A stretch of DNA of 60,141 bases from a virus (lineage: Duplodnaviria > Caudoviricetes), in the IMG/VR virus record IMGVR_UViG_3300033076_000334, positions 1-60,141 of that record, one strand, 5' to 3'. The translations under genes were made by a program, and so were the position numbers. Within the stretch, counting starts at the first letter, position 1. Each line of letters opens with the position of its first letter. A model generated the notes under the pieces. That model was not told the DNA's origin, made no database searches, and was given only the letters and a program-made list of their open reading frames with translations. Below are positions 9,044 to 16,857 of this stretch, piece after piece.

Positions 9044-9456
9044 TGCGTAAACCCTTTGAGCAAGAACTACACGACCTTTACGATGCACCAGCTAAGGAGG
9101 CGGTAGCCGCCTTCATAGAAAAGAAATGTGGTGTAACAGTTGAGCCTAACCCCGACAAGTACGGGGTAGATTTATTGGTAATAAAGGATGATAAGGTAGT
9201 TGGCAGTATCGAGGTAGAAGTACGCCAATGGCATCCATGCCCCTACCCAACCATTCATATTCCCGAAAGGAAGCGTAAGTTCTTCTCAGAGAACTCGCTG
9301 TTTTTTGCATTAACTAAGACGATGACTCACGCCTACTGGATACAGATGAAGGATATAGAACAGTATCCAGTAAAAGAAATAAGCAATTACAAAGTACGAG
9401 AGGGTGAGTTATTTTTCGATATACCAACGGAGAAATTTGTGTACGTGGAGTTATGA
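9043..9456 (+). CDS. PD-(D/E)XK-like nuclease fold protein
   Basis: YGVDLL...IEVEVR motif. Confidence 0.6.
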   Translation: MRKPFEQELHDLYDAPAKEAVAAFIEKKCGVTVEPNPDKYGVDLLVIKDDKVVGSIEVEVRQWHPCPYPTIHIPERKRKFFSENSLFFALTKTMTHAYWIQMKDIEQYPVKEISNYKVREGELFFDIPTEKFVYVEL

Positions 9457-9770
9457 TGAACAAAATATATGAATGGAACGAACCCATAAATCTATGGAGT
9501 GGTGCTCTTATACGGGACTACCTTATTTGGGTAAGAGAAGCCTACGGCATGAAGGAAGCTAAGAAGCTATTTAAGTACGCTAAGCAGTATCGTGCAATTA
9601 AAGACCTTAATGCTAGTGCGAAACAAGAAATGAACCAGTCAATCACAGATATGCTGGCGCACTCAATGATGCACACTAAAGAAGTTATGGCGGCTAACTT
9701 ATTAAAGAACCATTTTGAGGATTACATAAATGAGCAGACAACCGAAAACAATACGGCAGAAAATAATTAA
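9453..9770 (+). CDS. Hypothetical protein with a major-capsid-like C-terminal helix
   Basis: TDMLAHSMMHTKEVMAANLLKNHF aligns ungapped to capsid TKALARAMAYTKQVKAAAVLNNGF. Confidence 0.75.
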   Translation: MMNKIYEWNEPINLWSGALIRDYLIWVREAYGMKEAKKLFKYAKQYRAIKDLNASAKQEMNQSITDMLAHSMMHTKEVMAANLLKNHFEDYINEQTTENNTAENN

Positions 9771-10026
9771 ATACCCGCTAAAGAAGTGGCCTTCTAGAAT
9801 CAGGGAGAAGTACTATAAGTGGGTCAAGGAAACCTATGGTGATGTGCCTAACCCTGAGAGTTATGTGGATGGGTATCGTGCATGGAAACAACTAGTGTGG
9901 AGTACGCAACCAATATATAGGGAACCGACCCAACTTATAACCTCTACTGGTATGGTAGCGATGGCGCAAAAGATACTAAACCAGTCAATTAAAGACGCAT
10001 ATGAAGATATTAACAATAGACTTTGA
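9730..10026 (+). CDS. Hypothetical protein, N-terminally paralogous to 9453..9770
   Basis: Shared P...W......Y..WV.E.YG motif; RBS GAGG. Confidence 0.7.
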   Translation: MSRQPKTIRQKIIKYPLKKWPSRIREKYYKWVKETYGDVPNPESYVDGYRAWKQLVWSTQPIYREPTQLITSTGMVAMAQKILNQSIKDAYEDINNRL

Positions 10027-11821
10027 AACTTACTACGATAGGCAGTTTAGCTTGTCAAAAATTACAACCGAGGAGTACGTTCGCTCACCACAATTTGAAG
10101 TTATTGGTGTAGCAGTAAAGGAAAATGATGAGAAAACAACGTGGTTTACTGGAGACTATGCTGGAGTTAGCAGTTTTTTGGCTAATTATGACTGGGCTAA
10201 TTCTGCTGTGCTTGCTCACAATGCTATGTTTGATGCCGCTATACTTACTTGGATATATGGGATTAAACCGAAAGCATGGCTGGATACCCTTAGCATGGCG
10301 AGAGCGCTTCATGGCTCAGAAGTGGGTAATAGTCTTGCGAAGCTGGTTCAACACTATGAACTAGGTCAGAAGGGTACAGAGGTAGTAGATGCCTTGGGTA
10401 TGCGCCGAGAGTCATTTGGCAAAGCGCAACTCGATGCGTACGGTAGCTACTGTATCAATGACGTGGACTTGACCTATGCTTTGTTTGGCAAGCTAGCCCC
10501 GAGCTTCAACCTCTCTGAGCTTCAGCTCATATCCTTAACTATAAAGATGTTTTCAGAACCAGTACTAGAGCTGGATCGCAAAATGTTGTTGGAGCATCTT
10601 GAGGGTGTGAAGAAACGTAAAGCAGATTTGTTAGAACAGGCTGGTGTAGAAACCCGTGATGACCTCATGAGTAACCAAAAGTTTGCTGAGATGTTACGTA
10701 GCCTGGGCGTTGAACCACCTACCAAAATATCTTTGACTACGGGGAAAGAAACTCTGGCTCTGGCTAAGTCCGATGAGGAGTTCAAAGCATTGGCTGAGCA
10801 TCCTGACGATAGAGTCCAAGCACTCGTGGCTGCACGTTTAGGTAACAAGTCAACCCTAGAGGAAACCCGTACAGAGCGTTTCTTAGGTATCGCTAGTCGT
10901 GGCAAGATGCCAGTACCCTTGCAGTATTACGCCGCACATACTGGGCGTTGGGGTGGTGCAGACAAACTAAACCTACAAAACTTACCAGCTAGGGGCGCTA
11001 ATGCTGGCAAACTAAAGAACGCTATCCGTGCCCCTAAAGGCTATGTACTGATTGACTCAGACTCCTCACAGATTGAGGCTCGCATGCTGGCTTGGTTATC
11101 AGGTCAGGATGACTTAGTAGAAGCGTTTGCGAAAGGTGAAGATGTATACAAAATCATGGCGTCGGCTATATATGCAAAGGATGAATCAGAAATTACGAAA
11201 GAGGAAAGGTTCGTGGGCAAAACCACAATTCTTGGGGCTGGCTACGGCATGGGCGCTAAGAAATTCGGGGCGCAACTCAAGACTTTCGGGATGGAGATTG
11301 AGGAAGGGGAAGCCATTCGTATCATCAATGTATACCGACAAACATATCCGAGTATTACTGGGTTATGGACTCAAGGACGACATACAGTAGAAGCAATGGC
11401 TAAGAATCAGAACACACCATTCGGTAACGGGTGCGTTGAGGTTCATGGTGACTTAGGGATACTCCTACCTAATGGGTTGTATCAAAGATACCCAAACTTG
11501 CGTAAAATAAAATCTGCTGATGGCGACCAATATGTCTATGATTCTAGACGTGGTGCTGTTAAAATATACGGAGGGAAGTTGGTAGAGAACATTTGCCAAG
11601 CCCTTGCTCGGTGTATTATCGGCGAACAGATGTTAAGAATTGCTAAAAAGTATAGACCCGTCTTAACGGTTCATGATGCGGTGGCTTGTATTGCACCTGA
11701 GGAAGAAGTAGAAGAAGCCGTTGCATACGTTGAAGAATGTATGAAATGGACACCCGACTGGGCGGCTGGCTTACCAGTTAGCTGTGAGGCTGGGTATGGT
11801 AAAACTTATGGAGATTGCTAA
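10001..11821 (+). CDS. polA: DNA polymerase family A with 3'-5' exonuclease
   Basis: IDFET, AHNAMFD, YCINDV exonuclease motifs; HTGRW, NLQN, DSSQIEAR (A), RFVGKTTILGAGYG (B), TVHDAV (C). Confidence 0.95.
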   Translation: MKILTIDFETYYDRQFSLSKITTEEYVRSPQFEVIGVAVKENDEKTTWFTGDYAGVSSFLANYDWANSAVLAHNAMFDAAILTWIYGIKPKAWLDTLSMARALHGSEVGNSLAKLVQHYELGQKGTEVVDALGMRRESFGKAQLDAYGSYCINDVDLTYALFGKLAPSFNLSELQLISLTIKMFSEPVLELDRKMLLEHLEGVKKRKADLLEQAGVETRDDLMSNQKFAEMLRSLGVEPPTKISLTTGKETLALAKSDEEFKALAEHPDDRVQALVAARLGNKSTLEETRTERFLGIASRGKMPVPLQYYAAHTGRWGGADKLNLQNLPARGANAGKLKNAIRAPKGYVLIDSDSSQIEARMLAWLSGQDDLVEAFAKGEDVYKIMASAIYAKDESEITKEERFVGKTTILGAGYGMGAKKFGAQLKTFGMEIEEGEAIRIINVYRQTYPSITGLWTQGRHTVEAMAKNQNTPFGNGCVEVHGDLGILLPNGLYQRYPNLRKIKSADGDQYVYDSRRGAVKIYGGKLVENICQALARCIIGEQMLRIAKKYRPVLTVHDAVACIAPEEEVEEAVAYVEECMKWTPDWAAGLPVSCEAGYGKTYGDC

Positions 11822-12006
11822 TGAATGTAGAACCTATTGGAGCAACCGTAAATGACTATGCGGACTTGCTTATTCGTGCTAGAAAAAATCTAAGAGAGTA
11901 CGAGATTGCGATGAACGCTAGACGTTTTGCAGAAGCCCATGAGCATATGATGAACGCATTTGTAGATGTACGATTGTTAACTCACCTAACAAACGAGAGC
12001 CTATAA
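11815..12006 (+). CDS. Small hypothetical protein
   Basis: ORF tiling between polymerase and nuclease; RBS GGAG. Confidence 0.65.
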   Translation: MLMNVEPIGATVNDYADLLIRARKNLREYEIAMNARRFAEAHEHMMNAFVDVRLLTHLTNESL

Positions 12007-12683
12007 TGACTGCATGGTCTTACAGTAGCATCACCCTATTCGATCAGTGCCCCAAAAAGTACTACCACCTACGGGTGGCTAAAGATATTAAAGAGCCTGA
12101 GTCTGATGCCATGAACTACGGTAAAGACCTGCATTTAGCGGCTGAAGAGCATATCAGGGACGGCAAACCTTTACCAGCTAAGTATGCGTTTATTCAAGAG
12201 ATGCTGGATAAACTTAAAGCGTTGCCGGGCGAGAAGTTATGTGAAAACAAACTCGCAGTTAAACTTACAAAAGACGGTCGTTTGACCCCATGCGATTTCT
12301 TTGATAAAGACGTTTGGTATAGGGGGATTGCTGACTTAATTATCCTTGATCGTGAGAACCAAGAAGCCCGTATTATTGACTATAAGACAGGTAAATCTGC
12401 TAAATATGCTGATACTAAACAACTTAAACTACTAGCCGCAACGGTATTTACACACTACCCTGAGATTGCAATTATTAAGGCTGGTTTGCTATTCGTTGTT
12501 TCTAAAGAGTTTATTAAGGAAGAGTACTCAACCCACCATAGATTGGCTTATTTTGAGCACTTTAAACCGCTTGTAAATCAGTTAGAATCTAGTATAAGCA
12601 ATAATGTTTGGAACCCGAAGCGTAACTTTACATGTCGCAAGTGGTGTCCAGTAACCACATGTCCACATAATGGAGCCGACTAA
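12006..12683 (+). CDS. PD-(D/E)XK (RecB/Cas4-like) exonuclease
   Basis: WSYS...CP, G..LH, RGIADL, IIDYKTG, QL.L, C..CP...C. Confidence 0.88.
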   Translation: MTAWSYSSITLFDQCPKKYYHLRVAKDIKEPESDAMNYGKDLHLAAEEHIRDGKPLPAKYAFIQEMLDKLKALPGEKLCENKLAVKLTKDGRLTPCDFFDKDVWYRGIADLIILDRENQEARIIDYKTGKSAKYADTKQLKLLAATVFTHYPEIAIIKAGLLFVVSKEFIKEEYSTHHRLAYFEHFKPLVNQLESSISNNVWNPKRNFTCRKWCPVTTCPHNGAD

Positions 12684-12979
12684 TGCCGTACAAGAACAAA
12701 GCAGATCGTAAATACAAACAAGCCGCCGCATACGAAGACACACCTGAGCAAGTTAAGAACCGCATGGAGCGCAACAGAGCACGTGCCAAGCTAATGCGTG
12801 AGGGTAAGGTACACAAAGGCGACGGGAAGGATGTAGCCCACGTTAAAGCGGCTGATAAGGGTGGTAGTATCAAGGACGGAGTGCGGGTAGAAAGTGCTAG
12901 TAAGAACCGTTCATTTAAAAGAGATTCAAAGCGTAACTTGGTTGCTGAAACCAGCACTAGAGAGCGCAAGAAAAAGTAG
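12683..12979 (+). CDS. Basic HNH-like protein, possibly degenerate
   Basis: RNRAR...KGDGKDVAH...KGG...SKNRS. Confidence 0.6.
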   Translation: MPYKNKADRKYKQAAAYEDTPEQVKNRMERNRARAKLMREGKVHKGDGKDVAHVKAADKGGSIKDGVRVESASKNRSFKRDSKRNLVAETSTRERKKK

Positions 12980-12987
12980 TTTGTTGT

Positions 12988-13175
12988 ACTGTTACGGGAT
13001 AAGATATGAGTGCCTAAGTAACAAGGTCGCTATATTCCTTCAGAGTAAACCATATCAGTTAACCATATTGCTCCTTCACGGGAATATCCTCAGTAGGGGT
13101 TAACGGGCAGTCGGGAAAGACCGACACAAAATAACTAATGCTTGAAGCGGACACCGCTTTCAGGCTACTTTGCAT
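12988..13175 (+). ncRNA. Candidate structured intergenic RNA or helicase leader
   Basis: About 200-nt gap with stems GATATG/CATATC, GTTAACC/GGTTAAC, GTCGG/CCGAC, CTTGAAGCGG/CCGCTTTCAGG. Confidence 0.45.
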
Positions 13176-13186
13176 CGGAGAGAGAA

Positions 13187-14737
13187 GTGGAGATCATCGA
13201 AAATAAAGCATTACTGCTTAAAGTAAACGACCCCGATAGGATAACTAACGTTATCCCTAAGTCTAAGCTAATGGCATCGCATGGGAACTATCACGAAGTT
13301 CTTGTGCATTGGGGCTTGGAGGAGGCGCAAGTTCTAAGAAACTTAAAAATTAAAAATGTACCATCCCCAATTAAAGGGCAATACGTTTGGCCTGGTCAGT
13401 ATAAACCCTTTGACCATCAGCAAGAAACCGCCGCCTTTTTAACCATGCACAAACGTGCATTTGTATTTAATGAGCAAGGCACGGGCAAGACCGCTAGTGT
13501 GATATGGGCTATGGACTACTTAATGAAGCTGGGTATGGTTAAACGTGCCCTAGTTATCTGCCCTCTTTCTATTATGGACTCGGCATGGCGTGCAGACCTA
13601 TTTACATTTGCCATCCACCGTACAGTTGATATTGCGTATGGTAGCCGAGAAAAACGTAAGAAGATTATTGATAGCGATGCCGAAGTAATTATTATCAACT
13701 ACGATGGTATTGAGATTGTGGCTGATGAGATTGAAAAGGGTGGCTTTGACATGATTGTGATTGATGAAGCCAATGCTTACAAAAACCCTACGACTAATCG
13801 TTGGAAAGTTCTTAATTCGTTAATCAAACCACATACTTGGTTATGGATGATGACAGGTACTCCTGCGGCTCAGTCGCCAGTTGATGCGTACGGTATTGCT
13901 AAGCTAGTCAACCCATCGGGTGTACCTAAGTTCTACTCGCACTTTAGAGACATGGTGATGCAGAAGATTTCCATGTTTAAGTGGATACCTAAACCCAACT
14001 CGGAAGACATAGTACACAACGTCCTTCAACCAGCTATACGATACACAAAGGAGCAATGCTTGGACTTACCTGAGATAACCTACCAAACACGAGAAGTACC
14101 ACTTACAGCACAGCAAGAGAAGTATTACGAAAGACTACGTAACGATATGCTAGTACGTGCGGCTGGTGAGGAGATTACTACCATCAATGCGGCGGCTAAC
14201 TTAAACAAGCTATTGCAGTTGTCTTGTGGCGCAGTTTATTCTGATACGGGTGAGGTTATCCAGTTCGATGCCAGCAACCGCTTGCGGGTACTAAAAGAAG
14301 CTATTGACGAGTCTAGCCATAAAGTACTAGTGTTTGTACCGTTTAAGCATGCCATTGACATTATCTATGAGAGCCTTACCAAAGATGGGTATACGGCAGA
14401 CATCATAAGTGGCGAAGTTTCTGTAAACAAACGTACAGAAATATTTAAGAAGTTCCAAGAAACACCTAACCCTCGTGTGCTGATTATCCAGCCACAGGCG
14501 GCTAGCCATGGCGTTACCCTTCATGCGGCAAATACGATTATATGGTGGGGTCCCATAACGTCATATGAAACTTACGCACAGGCTAATGCACGGGTACACC
14601 GAAGTGGGCAAAAGAACCCATGTACTGTAATTAGGTTGCGTGGAAGCAACGTTGAGAAACGCTTATATGAGGCACTCCAAAACAAACAAGATGTCCAACA
14701 CAATATTATGGCGTTATACGGGGAACTACTTAGTTGA
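13187..14737 (+). CDS. SNF2-family (SF2) helicase; GTG start after GGAG inferred
   Basis: EQGTGKT Walker A, IVIDEA, MTGTP, HGVTL, QANARVHRSGQ. Confidence 0.92.
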   Translation: MEIIENKALLLKVNDPDRITNVIPKSKLMASHGNYHEVLVHWGLEEAQVLRNLKIKNVPSPIKGQYVWPGQYKPFDHQQETAAFLTMHKRAFVFNEQGTGKTASVIWAMDYLMKLGMVKRALVICPLSIMDSAWRADLFTFAIHRTVDIAYGSREKRKKIIDSDAEVIIINYDGIEIVADEIEKGGFDMIVIDEANAYKNPTTNRWKVLNSLIKPHTWLWMMTGTPAAQSPVDAYGIAKLVNPSGVPKFYSHFRDMVMQKISMFKWIPKPNSEDIVHNVLQPAIRYTKEQCLDLPEITYQTREVPLTAQQEKYYERLRNDMLVRAAGEEITTINAAANLNKLLQLSCGAVYSDTGEVIQFDASNRLRVLKEAIDESSHKVLVFVPFKHAIDIIYESLTKDGYTADIISGEVSVNKRTEIFKKFQETPNPRVLIIQPQAASHGVTLHAANTIIWWGPITSYETYAQANARVHRSGQKNPCTVIRLRGSNVEKRLYEALQNKQDVQHNIMALYGELLS

Positions 14738-14761
14738 CATTGTTAAGTGTTGGTGTACAAT
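14734..14761 (+). promoter_or_regulatory. Sigma70-type promoter
   Basis: TTGACA-16 bp-TACAAT upstream of an AAGGAG RBS. Confidence 0.75.
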
Positions 14762-14793
14762 AGAAAGAAACAGCAGTAAAAAAGGAGAAGCAA

Positions 14794-15099
14794 ATGGAAG
14801 TTAAATTAGATACAAACCTTGGATACGGTAGTGAGTTGCTATGCCCAAATTGTGGATGTAACAACCTACACCAAGTAGCCGTCGACGTTTATTTTAGGCG
14901 TGAAGATGCAACACATAGCATGCACACATACGTAGACATTAGCAATACTACTACTGATATGGAAACGGGGGATAATCCTAGCCTTAGACGTAGTGGGCTA
15001 TATATTACGTTTGAGTGTGAGCAATGCCCAGTAGAGTCAAAGCTAAACATTTTGCAACATAAAGGTACTACTTACCTACAATGGAGCGAACATGAGTGA
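14794..15099 (+). CDS. Hypothetical zinc-binding protein
   Basis: CPNCG..NLH and CEQC motifs; strong RBS. Confidence 0.72.
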   Translation: MEVKLDTNLGYGSELLCPNCGCNNLHQVAVDVYFRREDATHSMHTYVDISNTTTDMETGDNPSLRRSGLYITFECEQCPVESKLNILQHKGTTYLQWSEHE

Positions 15100-15487
15100 G
15101 CAATTACAGGCAGATCGTCTCGTGCAAGCCTACGTAAAGATGCGGGACAAACGTGCAGAATTATCGGCTGCGTTTGAAGCTGAGGACAACAAAATCTCGG
15201 CTCAGATGGAATTGGTCGAAGCAGAATTACTCAAGATATGCAAGTCAATCGGTGCGGATAGCGTTCGTACTCCGTTTGGTAATGTGTATCGAACAGTAAG
15301 AACAAGGTATGAAACTTCAGATTGGGAGCATATGTATAAGTTCATTACAGAACACAACATACCGCAGGTTTTAGAACGTCGTATAAGTACAACCAATATG
15401 AAACAGTTTCTTGATGAACACCCTGAGTTAATGCCAGTTGGTATGAATGTAAATAATAAATATACAGTTACAGTAAGGAGGAAGTAA
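15092..15487 (+). CDS. Phage replication-module protein of unknown function
   Basis: Coiled-coil N-terminus, SVRT.FG, DW..F, LERRIS. Confidence 0.75.
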   Translation: MSEQLQADRLVQAYVKMRDKRAELSAAFEAEDNKISAQMELVEAELLKICKSIGADSVRTPFGNVYRTVRTRYETSDWEHMYKFITEHNIPQVLERRISTTNMKQFLDEHPELMPVGMNVNNKYTVTVRRK

Positions 15488-15489
15488 AC

Positions 15490-15672
15490 ATGGAAGATAT
15501 TCCATTGACAGTCGATGAGGTTTCAAAGATACTGCGAGTCTCTCGTCAAACAATTTATGTATTATGCAGAGAAGGCAAACTACCGCATTTCAAAGTAGGT
15601 ACTAAATTGCGTTTTAAGAAGTCTGATATTGTTGCATTGACAAATACAAATAAAGGAGAAGTAAATGTCTAA
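15490..15672 (+). CDS. Excisionase-like HTH (HTH_17) DNA-binding protein
   Basis: LTVDEVSKILRVSRQTIY...GKLPHFKVG..RF. Confidence 0.88.
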   Translation: MEDIPLTVDEVSKILRVSRQTIYVLCREGKLPHFKVGTKLRFKKSDIVALTNTNKGEVNV

Positions 15673-16540
15673 CGAGTTAAGTTTATTAAACGGTAATCTG
15701 CCAGCACACTTACGTGGTCAGATTGATGAAACAACAAAAGCCTTGATGGGTACAGGCGGTGGCTCAGGTGCTCCTGTCAAGCGTATCTCAATCAAAGGTT
15801 CAGTTTTCCGTATGGTTGTGGATGGTAAAGAAGTTGCTAAGAACGAAGAGCGTTCTATGAATGTCATCATCGTTGGTGCGGCTCAGTACAATTCACGTAC
15901 TTTCTACGAGGGTGTATTCCAAGAGGGTCAAACCGTTGGTGCACCAGCATGCTTTTCTGATAATGGCATTACTCCAAACAGCCGTAGCACAGCACCACAA
16001 TCTGCTACTTGCAAAGACTGCCCACAAAACGTGGATGGTTCTCATTCAAGCGGTCGTGGTCGTGCATGCCGCTTTAGCCGTCGTTTGGCTGTATTGCTTG
16101 AGAATGACCAAAAGGGTGATGTATTCCAGTTGACTCTCCCAGCACAGTCTATCTTTGGTAAGCCAGTTGATGGCAAGATGCCACTTGAAGCGTACGTTCG
16201 CCTCTTGGGTACTAATGGTGTATCAGTAACTTCAGTAGTTACAGAAATGCGTTTTGACACGTCAAGCGCCACACCAAAACTTACTTTCAAGGCTGTCCGT
16301 TATCTCGAGGCTGATGAGTTTGCAAATGCTCAGGCTAAGGGTAAGACTCCCGAAGCTAAAGCCGCAATTGGTCTAGCGGCAGGCGAAGTAGATACTGGTG
16401 TTAAACTACCAGCCCCAGCAGTTGAAGCCGCCCCTGCACCAGCCCCTAAAGCTGAAGCTGCGGAACCAACTAAACGTGCTAAGAAGTCTGAAGCTGAAGC
16501 GCCTAAAGACATTAATGCAGTATTAGACGACTGGGCTTAA
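15665..16540 (+). CDS. Probable single-stranded DNA-binding/annealing protein
   Basis: Position in the replication module; RISIKG..F start, Cys cluster, flexible Ala/Pro tail ending in acidic-aromatic LDDWA. Confidence 0.6.
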   Translation: MSNELSLLNGNLPAHLRGQIDETTKALMGTGGGSGAPVKRISIKGSVFRMVVDGKEVAKNEERSMNVIIVGAAQYNSRTFYEGVFQEGQTVGAPACFSDNGITPNSRSTAPQSATCKDCPQNVDGSHSSGRGRACRFSRRLAVLLENDQKGDVFQLTLPAQSIFGKPVDGKMPLEAYVRLLGTNGVSVTSVVTEMRFDTSSATPKLTFKAVRYLEADEFANAQAKGKTPEAKAAIGLAAGEVDTGVKLPAPAVEAAPAPAPKAEAAEPTKRAKKSEAEAPKDINAVLDDWA

Positions 16541-16545
16541 GAAAG

Positions 16546-16567
16546 GTGGGGGGTTCGCCCCCCGTTT
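16546..16567 (+). terminator. Intrinsic terminator-like hairpin
   Basis: GGGGGG-TTCG-CCCCCC then GTTT directly after the stop codon. Confidence 0.7.
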
Positions 16568-16570
16568 AAA

Positions 16571-16792
16571 ATGACTGGATACTCTTCAAAATTTGTACGG
16601 CTAGTTAATAAAGCCGGAGATGCACCGGGTGTACTGCTCGGCAAAAGATGTATTGAACTGGATATATCAGTTATTGAAGTTGCAAACTACTTTGGTGTAT
16701 CACGCACAGCAGTATATGCGTGGTTTACTGGCAAGAGCCAGCCCAAGAAAGTGCATGAAGTAAAGATTTACAAGTTTTTAAAGAAGGCGTAA
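16571..16792 (+). CDS. XRE/Cro-like HTH protein
   Basis: ISVIEVANYFGVSRTAVYAWFTG..P. Confidence 0.82.
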   Translation: MTGYSSKFVRLVNKAGDAPGVLLGKRCIELDISVIEVANYFGVSRTAVYAWFTGKSQPKKVHEVKIYKFLKKA

Positions 16793-16857
16793 GCCAACTG
16801 GAGGGCTAGGTGCCACTAGCCTAACAGGATTATTGTCGGCGCAATTAGAGGATACAA

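Noticed and set aside
4254-11821. DNA hypermodification or Z-genome pathway
   Set aside because: No purZ, dpdA/que genes, thymidylate synthase-like or TET/JBP gene recognised in the window; not excluded for sequence outside it
12006-12683. CRISPR-associated Cas4
   Set aside because: Stand-alone phage exonuclease in a replication module; no cas1/cas2 or array
13003-13056. Hammerhead ribozyme (ATGAG...AAAC)
   Set aside because: Core CUGANGA and GAAA are not present intact
15490-15672. Evidence of an integrated prophage
   Set aside because: An excisionase-like HTH alone is insufficient; no integrase, att site or host genes seen
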